A stretch of DNA of 64,000 nt from an uncultured Eubacteriales bacterium (lineage in GTDB: Bacteria > Bacillota > Clostridia > Oscillospirales > CAG-272), in NCBI GenBank assembly GCA_958414825.1, contig CATYXQ010000003.1, forward strand, positions 3,689 through 67,688, written 5' to 3'. This document shows, in pieces, positions 50,179 to 59,206 of this stretch. The position numbers and the translations under genes are program-made. The notes beneath the pieces were generated by a model. It was not told the origin of the DNA and made no database searches. It worked only from the letters and a program-made list of their open reading frames with translations. The stretch's first letter is position 1; each line of letters starts with the position of its first letter.

Positions 50179-50700
50179 ATGAGACATGTTTTTAGCCGCG
50201 CGGCGGCGATTTCCGTCCTGATTTTCTGCATACTGCTTTCGGCCTGCACGGGCACAAAGCACGACCCGCTCGCCTATCAGGACGCGGCTTTTACCGCCGA
50301 AATCAGCTGTACCACCGAGAAAACGCAATTCGGCGCGGTCTATACCCAAAACAGCGAAGAACAGCTTCTCTGCTTCACAGCGCCTGAGAATCTCGCGGGC
50401 GTCACCGCGCGGCGCACGCCGGACGGGCAGATCACGCTGACAAAGGACGCCCTTTCGTTTCCCGCCTCGCCGGGTACGTCCGGTCTGTTTGCCGTCACGG
50501 CGCTGTTTGAAATCCCGCGCGGCTGCCTGATTAAAAAAACCGAGCGGGACGGCCTTTCGGTTCTTTCCGGGGACTACGGCAAGAACAGCTACAAGCTCTC
50601 GCTGGACAGCGCCGGACGGCCTGTAAGGATAGAGGGCGAGATCGACGGCGAAAAGCTTGCGGCGGACGTCGTCAAATTCAGCATAATCGAAAACGGGTGA
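50179..50700 (+). CDS. Hypothetical lipoprotein
   Basis: 173 aa. Signal peptide with lipobox LLSAC. GGGAGG RBS. Confidence 0.5.
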   Translation: MRHVFSRAAAISVLIFCILLSACTGTKHDPLAYQDAAFTAEISCTTEKTQFGAVYTQNSEEQLLCFTAPENLAGVTARRTPDGQITLTKDALSFPASPGTSGLFAVTALFEIPRGCLIKKTERDGLSVLSGDYGKNSYKLSLDSAGRPVRIEGEIDGEKLAADVVKFSIIENG

Positions 50701-50704
50701 AATC

Positions 50705-51850
50705 ATGACCGAAAAAAATATCGCCGAAATCGATCTTTCGGCGCTGCGGCACAATTTTACATATCTGCGCGGGAAGCTGCGCGCGGGCTGCGGCACGACC
50801 GAACCGATGTGCGTCGTCAAAGCCGACGCCTACGGCCACTCGGCAAAGCTCTGCGTCCCCGCGCTCTACGAAGCGGGCGCGCGGCATTTCGCCGTCTCCA
50901 GCCTTGAGGAGGCCGAGGAGGTCTACGCCATCCTCGGACGCACGGGCGCGCGCGCCGAAACCATCCTGATCCTTGGCTACACGCCGCCCGAACCCGAAAA
51001 TATCGCGGCGCTCGGACGGCACGGCGTAACGCAGGCGGTTTTCTCGCTCGAATACGCGAGGGCGCTCGACGCGGCGGCTGCGGCGCAGAACACGCGCGTG
51101 GCCTGCCACATAAAGCTTGACAGCGGCATGAACCGCCTCGGCTTTGACACGCACGGCGAATGTATAGAGGACACCGTGCGCGCCGTCTGCGAGACGGCGG
51201 CGCTGCGCGGGCTGCGGATCGACGGCGTCTTTTCGCACTTTGCCTGCGCGGACGAGCCCGGATCGGCGTTAACCCGCGTCCAGACCGAGCGCTATCTGCG
51301 CGCTGTGCAGGCGTGCGAGGCCGCCGGACTTCGCTTTCCAAAAAAACACATCTGCAACAGCGCGGGCGCGCTCCGCCTGCCCGAACTTTATCAGGACTTT
51401 GTACGGCTGGGCATCGTACTCTACGGCCTGCCGCCGTCGGGCGAGGTTGCCGACCCGAATCTGATTCCCGTCATGCGCCTGAAGTCCCGCATTGCGCAGA
51501 TCCACACGGTACATGCGGGCGACACGGTAAGCTACGGCGCGGAATTCTGCGCCGCTGCCGAAACCACGGTCGCAACCATTCCCATCGGATACGCGGACGG
51601 CTTTATCCGCGCCTATAAAAACGGCACGGTCATGATAGGCGGGCGTCCCGCGCCCCTGCTCGGCCGGATCTGCATGGATCAGTGCATGGCCGACATAACC
51701 GGCATTCCCGCCGCCGTCGGAGACGAGGTCGGCATCTTTGACGCGGAGGGAAAGAACATCGAACGGCTCTGCCGCGCCGCCGGAACCATCAACTATGAGG
51801 CGGTCTGCCTTGTAAGCCGGCGCGTTCGCCGCGTCCCCGTCGGCGTCTGA
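50705..51850 (+). CDS. alr: Alanine racemase
   Basis: 381 aa. PLP-lysine motif VVKADAYGHS. C-terminal GRICMDQCM motif. Confidence 0.9.
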   Translation: MTEKNIAEIDLSALRHNFTYLRGKLRAGCGTTEPMCVVKADAYGHSAKLCVPALYEAGARHFAVSSLEEAEEVYAILGRTGARAETILILGYTPPEPENIAALGRHGVTQAVFSLEYARALDAAAAAQNTRVACHIKLDSGMNRLGFDTHGECIEDTVRAVCETAALRGLRIDGVFSHFACADEPGSALTRVQTERYLRAVQACEAAGLRFPKKHICNSAGALRLPELYQDFVRLGIVLYGLPPSGEVADPNLIPVMRLKSRIAQIHTVHAGDTVSYGAEFCAAAETTVATIPIGYADGFIRAYKNGTVMIGGRPAPLLGRICMDQCMADITGIPAAVGDEVGIFDAEGKNIERLCRAAGTINYEAVCLVSRRVRRVPVGV

Positions 51851-51924
51851 ATTTACCCGCGTTTTTCGGGCACGGTCTGCGTTTTCCCGCAGATCCGCAA
51901 ATTTTAAGATAAGGAGGCGGTTTC

Positions 51925-53436
51925 ATGCAGAAAAAACAGGTCTATCTGTTTCTTGTTTTCGCCATTCTTGCCGGACTGCTCGCAGGCGCGGCGCTGCTGA
52001 TGGCCGCCTCAAAGCGGGTGGCCGACGTCAGCGATGAAAATGAGGAAATCCGCGCGTCCCTCACGGTTCTCTCCCCCACGCCCATCATTCCCCCCGACAC
52101 GGACGGATTTACACTGTCCCTCTTATGCGACCGCGCCGCCTATCCGTATTTTACCGGGCAGGAGGACGGCGGCGGACTTGCGCGGCGCGTATGGCTGCGC
52201 AACAACCACTTGAAAGAAGAAACCGGCGTCACGCTGGATCTCTCGTATACCGCCGACTTTTACGCCGAAGCGACCGCCGACCTTTTGTCCGGCGACCGCC
52301 AGTACAACCTCTACGCCGCGGACGCAGCGCAGAATCTTTCAAAGCTGCTGGCCGCCGGATATCTTTCCGACACGTCGGACAGCGCATACATACAGGATAC
52401 GCGCCCCTGGTACGACGCCGCCGGCATGGACGAGCTTTCCCTGTTCGGCAAGCGCTATCTGATCTCCTCCGCCGCGCTGGACGCGCGGCAGGGCGCTACA
52501 GTTCTTCTGTATAACCGTTCGCTGCTCCGCCTGCTGGAAAATTCGGAAAACACGGCGCTGACCCTCTCGGCCTCGGCGCTCGACGGGCTTTTTACCTTTG
52601 AAGAACTGCTGGCCGCGAGCAAAACGGCGGCGGCAGCTTATGCCAATCCCCCCTCCGTGCCGACGCTGATGGATCAGATGCAAACGGAGCGCGTTTTCGC
52701 CGAAGAAAAGTCAGCGCCCGAACCGAGCGCGCAGTCTGCGGCGGGCGCGCCGGACGGCGTGGGCTTTTACGGCCTTACGTTCGGCAGTGAGGATGCTTTC
52801 GCGATTTACACCGCGCTCGGCGGCAGCTTTGCCGAATCCACATCGGACACGCCCGAAATTTCCGTGACGCTCGGCACGCTGCGGGACAAGCTTTCAGCCG
52901 TGATCGACCTGTCGATTGAGGACAGTGTGCGCGTCCACGCCGCCGCCTTTGAAAACGCGGCCTCGCTGTTCGGCGTCGCAAAGCTGTCCGAAGTGGAGAC
53001 GATAAAAACCGCAATCAGCGACGTCGGCTTATTGCCGATGCCAAAGCAAAGCGTCACGGAGGATTACCGCTGCTTTGTGGATCTGCGCGGAACGCCGGTT
53101 ATGGCGATTCCATCCGGCGCGTCCGATATGCGCAAGATCGAATACCTGATCGACCGCATGGCCTTTCTGTCCTACGGATACATCGAGCCGCTTGTGCAAA
53201 AGAATCTCACGCAGGGCAATCCCGACGATGAGAAGATGCTTGAACTGATCTTCGACAGCGCGGTATACGACCTGTCCAACCTGTTTGGGTACGGAAGCAT
53301 CGAGCGCCTTGCAGCCGACACGCTGGAAGCAAAGACGACCGACCGTTTAGCGCTCGACTACTACAACCGGCAGGCGCTCTATGAAAAGGCGTTTGAAATT
53401 ATCGGAAAGCGGCTGGCAAAGCCGCCGGACGCATAA
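51925..53436 (+). CDS. Hypothetical membrane-anchored extracytoplasmic protein (distant SBP-like)
   Basis: 503 aa. N-terminal TM anchor. Loose resemblance in layout to the large family-1 SBP at 37078-38598. No confident family. Confidence 0.4.
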   Translation: MQKKQVYLFLVFAILAGLLAGAALLMAASKRVADVSDENEEIRASLTVLSPTPIIPPDTDGFTLSLLCDRAAYPYFTGQEDGGGLARRVWLRNNHLKEETGVTLDLSYTADFYAEATADLLSGDRQYNLYAADAAQNLSKLLAAGYLSDTSDSAYIQDTRPWYDAAGMDELSLFGKRYLISSAALDARQGATVLLYNRSLLRLLENSENTALTLSASALDGLFTFEELLAASKTAAAAYANPPSVPTLMDQMQTERVFAEEKSAPEPSAQSAAGAPDGVGFYGLTFGSEDAFAIYTALGGSFAESTSDTPEISVTLGTLRDKLSAVIDLSIEDSVRVHAAAFENAASLFGVAKLSEVETIKTAISDVGLLPMPKQSVTEDYRCFVDLRGTPVMAIPSGASDMRKIEYLIDRMAFLSYGYIEPLVQKNLTQGNPDDEKMLELIFDSAVYDLSNLFGYGSIERLAADTLEAKTTDRLALDYYNRQALYEKAFEIIGKRLAKPPDA

Positions 53437-53545
53437 AAACAGAGCGCAGACGCGGGAGGTTCCAGATATATAAAATCCGCGAACGTCCGCAAAAGCAACC
53501 GTATGCCGCGATATAAAGAAAGAACGCCGCCAAAGGGGAATAACA

Positions 53546-54223
53546 ATGAAAGATCTTACCTGCTATGTACGAGGTAATCTGCTGGAAAAGTTTGAATTTC
53601 AAAATTACGGACACGCTTTAGAAATATTAAACGAAGCGTTTCCAAATGAATGGAATGAAATTCAGGACTGTTTGGAACAGTTATTCATTTCGATAGATGA
53701 TTTAAAAGCCGCCGGCGGGAATGAAACCGCAATACCGAAAAAATTTGACGACATTTTATATCCTCTTGGATGGCAGGAAATCAGAATTACCGGCGATTTA
53801 CTGGTAAGACTTTACCCGCGCAAAGCAAATCAAAGAGGACGTTTTGCCGACAAACCGTTTGACGAGAAAATAATCGCAGGATATATAGACGGCCACAACA
53901 TTGATTTTGTCAAAAGCAGAGTTGCCTTCGACTTGGAATGGAACAGCAAAGACCAAACATTTGATCGTGATTTATTGGCCATGCGCACTTATTTTGACTG
54001 CGGTTTGATCGAAGTCGGAATCATTGTAACCAGATCAAAAGAATTAAACGACATTTTCAAAGAGATTACAGACGAAAACTGCAAACCAATTATGCCGAAA
54101 TATGGAGCAAGTACAACGTGGATGGGAAAATTGGAATACAGGCTGAAATCCCGCAGAAACGGCGGCTGTCCTATTTTAGCCATTGGGATCAGAAAGCCTT
54201 GCATAGAAGGGTACTCGCTATGA
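53546..54223 (+). CDS. Type II restriction endonuclease, BglII/BstYI/BamHI-like fold
   Basis: 225 aa, low GC. N-terminal NYGHALEILNEAFPNEWNEIQDCL resembles BglII YNHADEILNPQLWKEIEETL. Candidate catalytic block IDFVKSRVAFDLEWN followed by IEVGIIVTRS parallels BglII DIDF...LVEVQF...VAIIITK. ATGA overlap with the methyltransferase gene. Confidence 0.55.
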   Translation: MKDLTCYVRGNLLEKFEFQNYGHALEILNEAFPNEWNEIQDCLEQLFISIDDLKAAGGNETAIPKKFDDILYPLGWQEIRITGDLLVRLYPRKANQRGRFADKPFDEKIIAGYIDGHNIDFVKSRVAFDLEWNSKDQTFDRDLLAMRTYFDCGLIEVGIIVTRSKELNDIFKEITDENCKPIMPKYGASTTWMGKLEYRLKSRRNGGCPILAIGIRKPCIEGYSL

Positions 54224-54870
54224 CAAACGAAATTTTTGAAGCAACGGTAGAAAACTTCAGGCGTTATACCCATGGAAAGAAGTACAAAACAATTTATGCG
54301 GATCCCCCGTGGCAATTTCAAAATCGAACGGGGAAAGTAGCGCCTGAACACAAACGGCTTTCCCGATACGGAACCATGACGCTGTCTGAAATTATGCAAA
54401 TGCCTGTCTCAGAGGTTGCAGATGAAAAAAGCCATTTATATTTGTGGGTTCCCAACGCTCTGCTGCCGGAAGGCTTAGCGGTTATGGAGGCATGGGGATT
54501 TGAATACAAAACGAATCTTGTATGGGAAAAAATCCGAAAAGACGGTATGCCGGACGGAAGAGGCGTCGGATTTTACTTTAGAAATGTGACCGAAATTCTT
54601 TTATTCGGAATCAAAGGCGATAAAAACCGAACGCTTGATCCGGGAAGATCCCAGGTAAATCTAATCCGCGCCGCTAAAAGAGAACATTCAAGAAAGCCGG
54701 ACGAATTTATTCCCTTGATTGAAAGCTGTTCATCTCCGCCGTTTTTAGAATTGTTTGCGCGGGGAAACAGAAGCGGATGGGATATGTGGGGCAATCAGGC
54801 AACAGACAGTTATGAACCGACATGGAACACATATGCCAATCACACAGTTCCGACAGCCAAACCCGAATGA
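54220..54870 (+). CDS. MT-A70 family DNA methyltransferase (N6-adenine or N4-cytosine)
   Basis: Start at MTNEIFEA (ATG overlaps the upstream TGA). Catalytic DPPW motif (IYADPPWQF). SAM-binding region HLYLWVPN. Low GC. Confidence 0.8.
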   Translation: MTNEIFEATVENFRRYTHGKKYKTIYADPPWQFQNRTGKVAPEHKRLSRYGTMTLSEIMQMPVSEVADEKSHLYLWVPNALLPEGLAVMEAWGFEYKTNLVWEKIRKDGMPDGRGVGFYFRNVTEILLFGIKGDKNRTLDPGRSQVNLIRAAKREHSRKPDEFIPLIESCSSPPFLELFARGNRSGWDMWGNQATDSYEPTWNTYANHTVPTAKPE

Positions 54871-54908
54871 TTTTTTCCAAAGCAAAAAAATTCATGCGCA
54901 GCAAAATC

Positions 54909-54941
54909 AAAATCCGCGCGCAAAAATGCGCGCCGGATTTT
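54909..54941 (+). terminator. Intrinsic terminator after R-M pair
   Basis: Stem ATCCGCGCGCA/TGCGCGCCGGAT (one bulge) followed by TTT. Confidence 0.5.
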
Positions 54942-55035
54942 GCGCGCTTCTTTTGCGCGCCGCGCTGACCGGCAGAAAACGGCAGCCGACGGCCGCGTTA
55001 AAAATACACAACCGACGCCAAAGGAGAGAAAAACA

Positions 55036-56832
55036 ATGGCACAGCTATTACAGCAAAACGACGTCCGCACCTGCCGGTGCGGCGAACTGCGTTCAGCCGA
55101 CCTCGGCAAAGAGGTCTGCCTGATGGGATGGGCGCAAAAACAGCGCGACCTCGGCTCCCTGATCTTTATCGACCTGCGCGACCGCAGCGGCGTCATTCAG
55201 CTCGCCGTGGACGAAACGACCGAAAAGGACGCCTTTAAAACCGCGTTTTCCGTCCGAAGCGAATTTGTACTCCTGGCGCGCGGCGTGGTCCGCGCCCGCG
55301 GGGAAGCCGCAGTCAATCACAATCTGCCGACCGGCGAAATCGAAGTCGCGGTGCGCGAGCTCCGCATCCTCTCGGCGTCCAAAACGCCTCCCTTTGCCAT
55401 TGAGGAAAACAGCAACGTCCGCCCTGAGCTTCGCCTGACCTACCGTTATCTCGATCTGCGCCGCCCGGATTTGCAGCGCAACATCTTAGCGCGTTCGGCA
55501 ATTACAAAAATCGCGCGCGACTACTATGCCGAGCAAGGCTTTGCAGACATTGAAACGCCCGCGCTGATTAAACCCACGCCTGAGGGCGCGCGCGACTATC
55601 TGGTTCCAAGCCGCGTGCATCCGGGCAAATTCTACGCGCTGCCCCAGTCGCCCCAGCTGTACAAGCAGCTTTTGATGGTGGCGGGCTTTGACCGCTACTT
55701 CCAGATCGCCCGCTGTTTCCGCGACGAGGACCTGCGCGCCGACCGTCAGCCGGAATTTACGCAGATCGACGTGGAGATGTCCTTTGTCCGTCAGGACGAC
55801 GTGATCGGCGTGACCGAGGGCTTTTTGAAGCGCCTTTGGAAAGAATTTCTTGGAATCGAGCTTACGACGCCTCTGCCGCGGCTCACCTATAAGGAAGCGA
55901 TGGAGCGCTTTGGCTCGGACAAGCCGGATATGCGCTTCGGCTTTGAACTCTGCGACATTTCCGATCTCGTCAGAAACTCCGGGTTCAAGGTATTTTCCGG
56001 CGCGGTTGCGGCCGGCGGAAGCGTGCGCGCTGTCAACGTGCGCGGCGGCGCGTCCTTCTCCCGCAAGGAGATCGATTCGCTCGTCGAATTTGCGAAATCC
56101 TACCGCGCGCGCGGGCTTGCGTGGTCGAAATTCTCAGGCGGCGAGGTCTCGTCCTCATTCGCCAAGTTTCTGACCCCCGAAGAAAACGCCGCGATTTCGG
56201 AGCGGCTCGGCGCTGACGACGGCGACCTGATTCTCATCTGCGCGGACAAAGATTCGGTCGTGTTCGACACGCTCGGCGCTTTGCGCGTCGAGTGCGCAAA
56301 GCGGCTCGGCCTGCTCGACCCGCACGACTTTAAATTCCTCTGGGTCACCGACTTCCCGCTCTTTGAATATTCTGAGGACGATGGGCGCTACTACGCAATG
56401 CACCACCCGTTCACCATGCCAAACCCGGACGATCTCGACAAAATCGAGCGCGATCCGGCAAACGCGCGCGCCGTTGCCTATGACATTGTGCTCAACGGCA
56501 CTGAACTCGGCGGCGGCTCTATTCGGATCCATGACCCTGAGATCCAGTCCCGCATGTTCCGCGCGCTCGGCATGAGCGAGGCCGAAGCGGCTGAAAAATT
56601 CGGCTTTTTGCTCGAAGCGTTCCAATACGGCGTTCCGCCGCACGGCGGCATGGCGTTCGGCCTCGACCGGCTTGTGACCCTCGCGCTCGGCCTTGAGGAC
56701 ATCCGCGACGTAATCGCGTTCCCGAAAGTGCAGAACGCCTCCGAACTGATGTCCGGATGCCCGTCGGCAACCGACGCAGCCGCGCTCGACGAGCTTTCAA
56801 TTTCAGTCGTGCGCACAGAGGACGATGAATAA
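55036..56832 (+). CDS. aspS: Aspartate--tRNA ligase
   Basis: Start at MAQLLQQNDVRTCRCGELR (AAGGAGAG RBS; track ORF starts at 54940). Class IIb motifs FRDEDLRADRQPEFTQID and GGMAFGLDRLV. Bacterial insertion domain present. Confidence 0.9.
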   Translation: MAQLLQQNDVRTCRCGELRSADLGKEVCLMGWAQKQRDLGSLIFIDLRDRSGVIQLAVDETTEKDAFKTAFSVRSEFVLLARGVVRARGEAAVNHNLPTGEIEVAVRELRILSASKTPPFAIEENSNVRPELRLTYRYLDLRRPDLQRNILARSAITKIARDYYAEQGFADIETPALIKPTPEGARDYLVPSRVHPGKFYALPQSPQLYKQLLMVAGFDRYFQIARCFRDEDLRADRQPEFTQIDVEMSFVRQDDVIGVTEGFLKRLWKEFLGIELTTPLPRLTYKEAMERFGSDKPDMRFGFELCDISDLVRNSGFKVFSGAVAAGGSVRAVNVRGGASFSRKEIDSLVEFAKSYRARGLAWSKFSGGEVSSSFAKFLTPEENAAISERLGADDGDLILICADKDSVVFDTLGALRVECAKRLGLLDPHDFKFLWVTDFPLFEYSEDDGRYYAMHHPFTMPNPDDLDKIERDPANARAVAYDIVLNGTELGGGSIRIHDPEIQSRMFRALGMSEAEAAEKFGFLLEAFQYGVPPHGGMAFGLDRLVTLALGLEDIRDVIAFPKVQNASELMSGCPSATDAAALDELSISVVRTEDDE

Positions 56833-57721
56833 TTCGGGCATTCTGATTCTCGACAAACCGGCCGGCATGACGTCGCACGACGTCGTAAACCGCGCGCGCA
56901 GTCTGTACGGCACAAGGCAGGTCGGACACACCGGCACGCTCGACCCAATGGCGACCGGCGTTCTGCCGCTGCTCGTGGGCCGCGCGGTCAAGGCCTCCGA
57001 ATACCTGAGCGCGCGCGACAAGCGCTATGAGGCCGAGTTTTGTCTCGGCTTTGTGAGCGACACCGAAGACAGCGCCGGCACGCTCACAAAGACCGGCGCG
57101 CCGATTCCCGAAAGCGAAGCGGTTCTGGCCGCCGCCGCCGCCATGCGCGGGCGCAGAATGCAGACCCCGCCGATGATAAGCGCGGTCAAAATCGGCGGAA
57201 AAAAGCTGCTCGACTACGCAAGGCAGGGGCAGACGCCGGAAATTCCGCCGCGGGAAATCGAAATCTATGAAATCGAAGCCGCGCCGCTTGAAAAGAATCT
57301 CTATACGCTATCCCTCTCCGTCTCCAAAGGCGCTTATGTGCGCACCATAATAGCCGACGTCGGCAAGGCGCTCGGCTGCGGCGCGGTAATGACCGCACTG
57401 CGGCGCACACGCAGCGGAGATTTTTCGCTCGGCCAGGCGCACACGCTCGAAGAACTGGAGGCGCTTGATCCGGACGCGCGCCATGCGCTTCTCCTGCCCG
57501 TGGAAAGCGCGTTTTTGAACCTTGAAGCGCTCAATCTCCCCGACTTTTACGCGCGGCTGTGCAAAAACGGATGTGAAATCTATCAGAGCAGGCTCAAAAG
57601 CGCGCTTCCCGACGGCGCGCGCGTCCGGCTCTACGAACGGAACGTTTTCTTCGGACTGGGCGAGGTGCGCGCATATCCGGCGGGCAGCGCGGTCAAAATG
57701 ATCAAGCTTTTTGCAGTATGA
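56825..57721 (+). CDS. truB: tRNA pseudouridine(55) synthase
   Basis: 298 aa. GILILDKPAGMTSHDVV and catalytic GHTGTLDPMATGVLPL. Confidence 0.9.
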   Translation: MNNSGILILDKPAGMTSHDVVNRARSLYGTRQVGHTGTLDPMATGVLPLLVGRAVKASEYLSARDKRYEAEFCLGFVSDTEDSAGTLTKTGAPIPESEAVLAAAAAMRGRRMQTPPMISAVKIGGKKLLDYARQGQTPEIPPREIEIYEIEAAPLEKNLYTLSLSVSKGAYVRTIIADVGKALGCGAVMTALRRTRSGDFSLGQAHTLEELEALDPDARHALLLPVESAFLNLEALNLPDFYARLCKNGCEIYQSRLKSALPDGARVRLYERNVFFGLGEVRAYPAGSAVKMIKLFAV

Positions 57722-57734
57722 AAGGTTAGATTCC

Positions 57735-58541
57735 ATGCAACAACGCACTGATTACAACGGCGTAACCTATTTTTATTCCGAGGCGCTCTATCCGGTTCGC
57801 CACGGCTTTTCCACAAGAATCGGCGGCCTTTCGCGCGCCGAGCATACAAAGTCTCTGAATCTCGGTTTTTACCGCGGAGACAAGGACATTATCGTACAAA
57901 AAAACGTCGAGCGCTTCTGCGAGGCGGTTGACGTTGATCCGCATACCCTGATCGTCATGCCCCAGATTCACTCCGCAAAGGTCACGGTCGTGGACAAAAC
58001 GCTCGGCGGCCACGGCATTTACACGCCCGCCTCGTTTGAGGGGGACGCGCTTGTCACCGATTCCATCGGAACGGCGCTCGGCGTGCGGGTGGCCGACTGC
58101 GTGCCGATTCTGTTAGCCGACCCGGGCGCAAAGGTCATTGCCGCCGTTCACGCCGGATGGCGCGGCACGGTGGAAAACATCGTCGGGCATACAATAGCGA
58201 AAATGTGCTTTCTCGGCGCGTGCGCCGAAGATATCCGCGCCGCGATAGGCCCGCACATCTCCATGGCGCGCTATGAGGTCGGCGAGGACGTCGCGAAGCG
58301 CGTGCTGGACGTGCTCGGCGAGGAACGCCTGACGCTGCGCCATCTCCGCCCCGCAGGCGAGGCCGGAAAATTTCTCTGCGACCTCGGCGAGATCAACAAA
58401 ACGCTTCTTATAGCCGCCGGACTGCCCGAATCGGGCATTGATCTCTCGGCGCTCTGCACCTACGAGCATCCCGACCTGTTTTACTCGCACCGCCGCATGG
58501 GCGAGAAACGCGGCGCGATGATGGGCATGATCGCGATTTGA
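57735..58541 (+). CDS. pgeF: Peptidoglycan editing factor PgeF (YfiH/laccase-domain family)
   Basis: The YfiH-family His/Cys pattern is present: QIHS, VADCVPILL, HAGWRGT. Confidence 0.8.
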   Translation: MQQRTDYNGVTYFYSEALYPVRHGFSTRIGGLSRAEHTKSLNLGFYRGDKDIIVQKNVERFCEAVDVDPHTLIVMPQIHSAKVTVVDKTLGGHGIYTPASFEGDALVTDSIGTALGVRVADCVPILLADPGAKVIAAVHAGWRGTVENIVGHTIAKMCFLGACAEDIRAAIGPHISMARYEVGEDVAKRVLDVLGEERLTLRHLRPAGEAGKFLCDLGEINKTLLIAAGLPESGIDLSALCTYEHPDLFYSHRRMGEKRGAMMGMIAI

Positions 58542-58574
58542 GCGAAAAAAGTGCGCGGCCGCCTTTTTCCGCCG

Positions 58575-58611
58575 AAAAACCGCGCTTGCTTTCAGGCAAG
58601 CGCGGTTTTTT
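58575..58611. terminator. Bidirectional intrinsic terminator between pgeF and XRE gene
   Basis: 10-bp stem CCGCGCTTGC/GCAAGCGCGG flanked by A5 and T6. Confidence 0.8.
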
Positions 58612-58626
58612 GTATCCATATTCAAT

Positions 58627-58848
58627 TTATTCGATCGTTTCATCCGTTTCATCTTTTTCATATCGAACAATGTCGGATAGCTCGCAGTCTAATATCGCAC
58701 AGAGCTTATTCAGCGTATTCGTCGTGACATTTTCGTTGTTTCGGAGCTTGGAGATTGTTTTGGAATTGAATCCGTGATCCTCTCTCAAACGATAGGTTGA
58801 AACCCCTTTTTCTTTCATGACCGCCCACAATCGATCATACCGTATCAT
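58627..58848 (-). CDS. XRE/Cro-CI family helix-turn-helix transcriptional regulator
   Basis: 73 aa, low GC. HTH VSTYRLREDHGFNSKTISKLRNNENVTTNTLNKLCAILDCELSDIV. GAGGAGGA RBS. Confidence 0.8.
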   Translation of the reverse strand: MIRYDRLWAVMKEKGVSTYRLREDHGFNSKTISKLRNNENVTTNTLNKLCAILDCELSDIVRYEKDETDETIE

Positions 58849-58867
58849 AAAATATTCCTCCTCACTA

Positions 58868-58902
58868 TTGACAATCTCTATTATGAACTATATAATGTTC
58901 AT
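58868..58902 (+). promoter_or_regulatory. Consensus sigmaA promoter overlapped by palindromic operator, divergent from XRE gene
   Basis: TTGACA (58868-58873), 17-nt spacer, TATAAT (58891-58896). Palindrome ATGAAC-N8-GTTCAT (58883-58902) spans the -10. A further GTTCATAT half-site lies at about 58920. Confidence 0.6.
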
Positions 58903-59206
58903 ATATAAGCAGGCGATAGTGTTCATATTTTATGGAGGAGTGTTATTTTGAACGAGAAACGGTAAACATTGTCTTGGAAACGGAAAACATACCGACGAAA
59001 ACGGAGACCAAATTGAATGTTGTTGTGATGAATGTGATTATTATTTACAATGCTTCGATGAATAAAAATCCTGAACAAAAAACCGCTTTTGCTACTAAAG
59101 CAAAAGCGGTTGGGATATTAACAAAGTAAAAATATGCAGAAACGATTGCTTTCAAGTCGGTGTATGACGCCTTGAAATTCCCCTCATATCCGCGCGCACC
59201 GGCAAA

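Noticed and set aside
53989-54399. 136-aa minus-strand ORF across the R-M junction
   Set aside because: It is antisense to both R-M genes and has no RBS or motifs.
54871-55035. Possible T-box or attenuator upstream of aspS
   Set aside because: The spacer is only about 165 nt and is mostly the terminator of the R-M operon. It has no Stem I, AG bulge or T-box sequence.
58932-59129. 65-aa ORF opposite the XRE gene as a real protein gene
   Set aside because: There is no Shine-Dalgarno before its ATG, and a terminator-like hairpin lies inside its 3' end. It is kept only as part of the transcript discussed in the findings.
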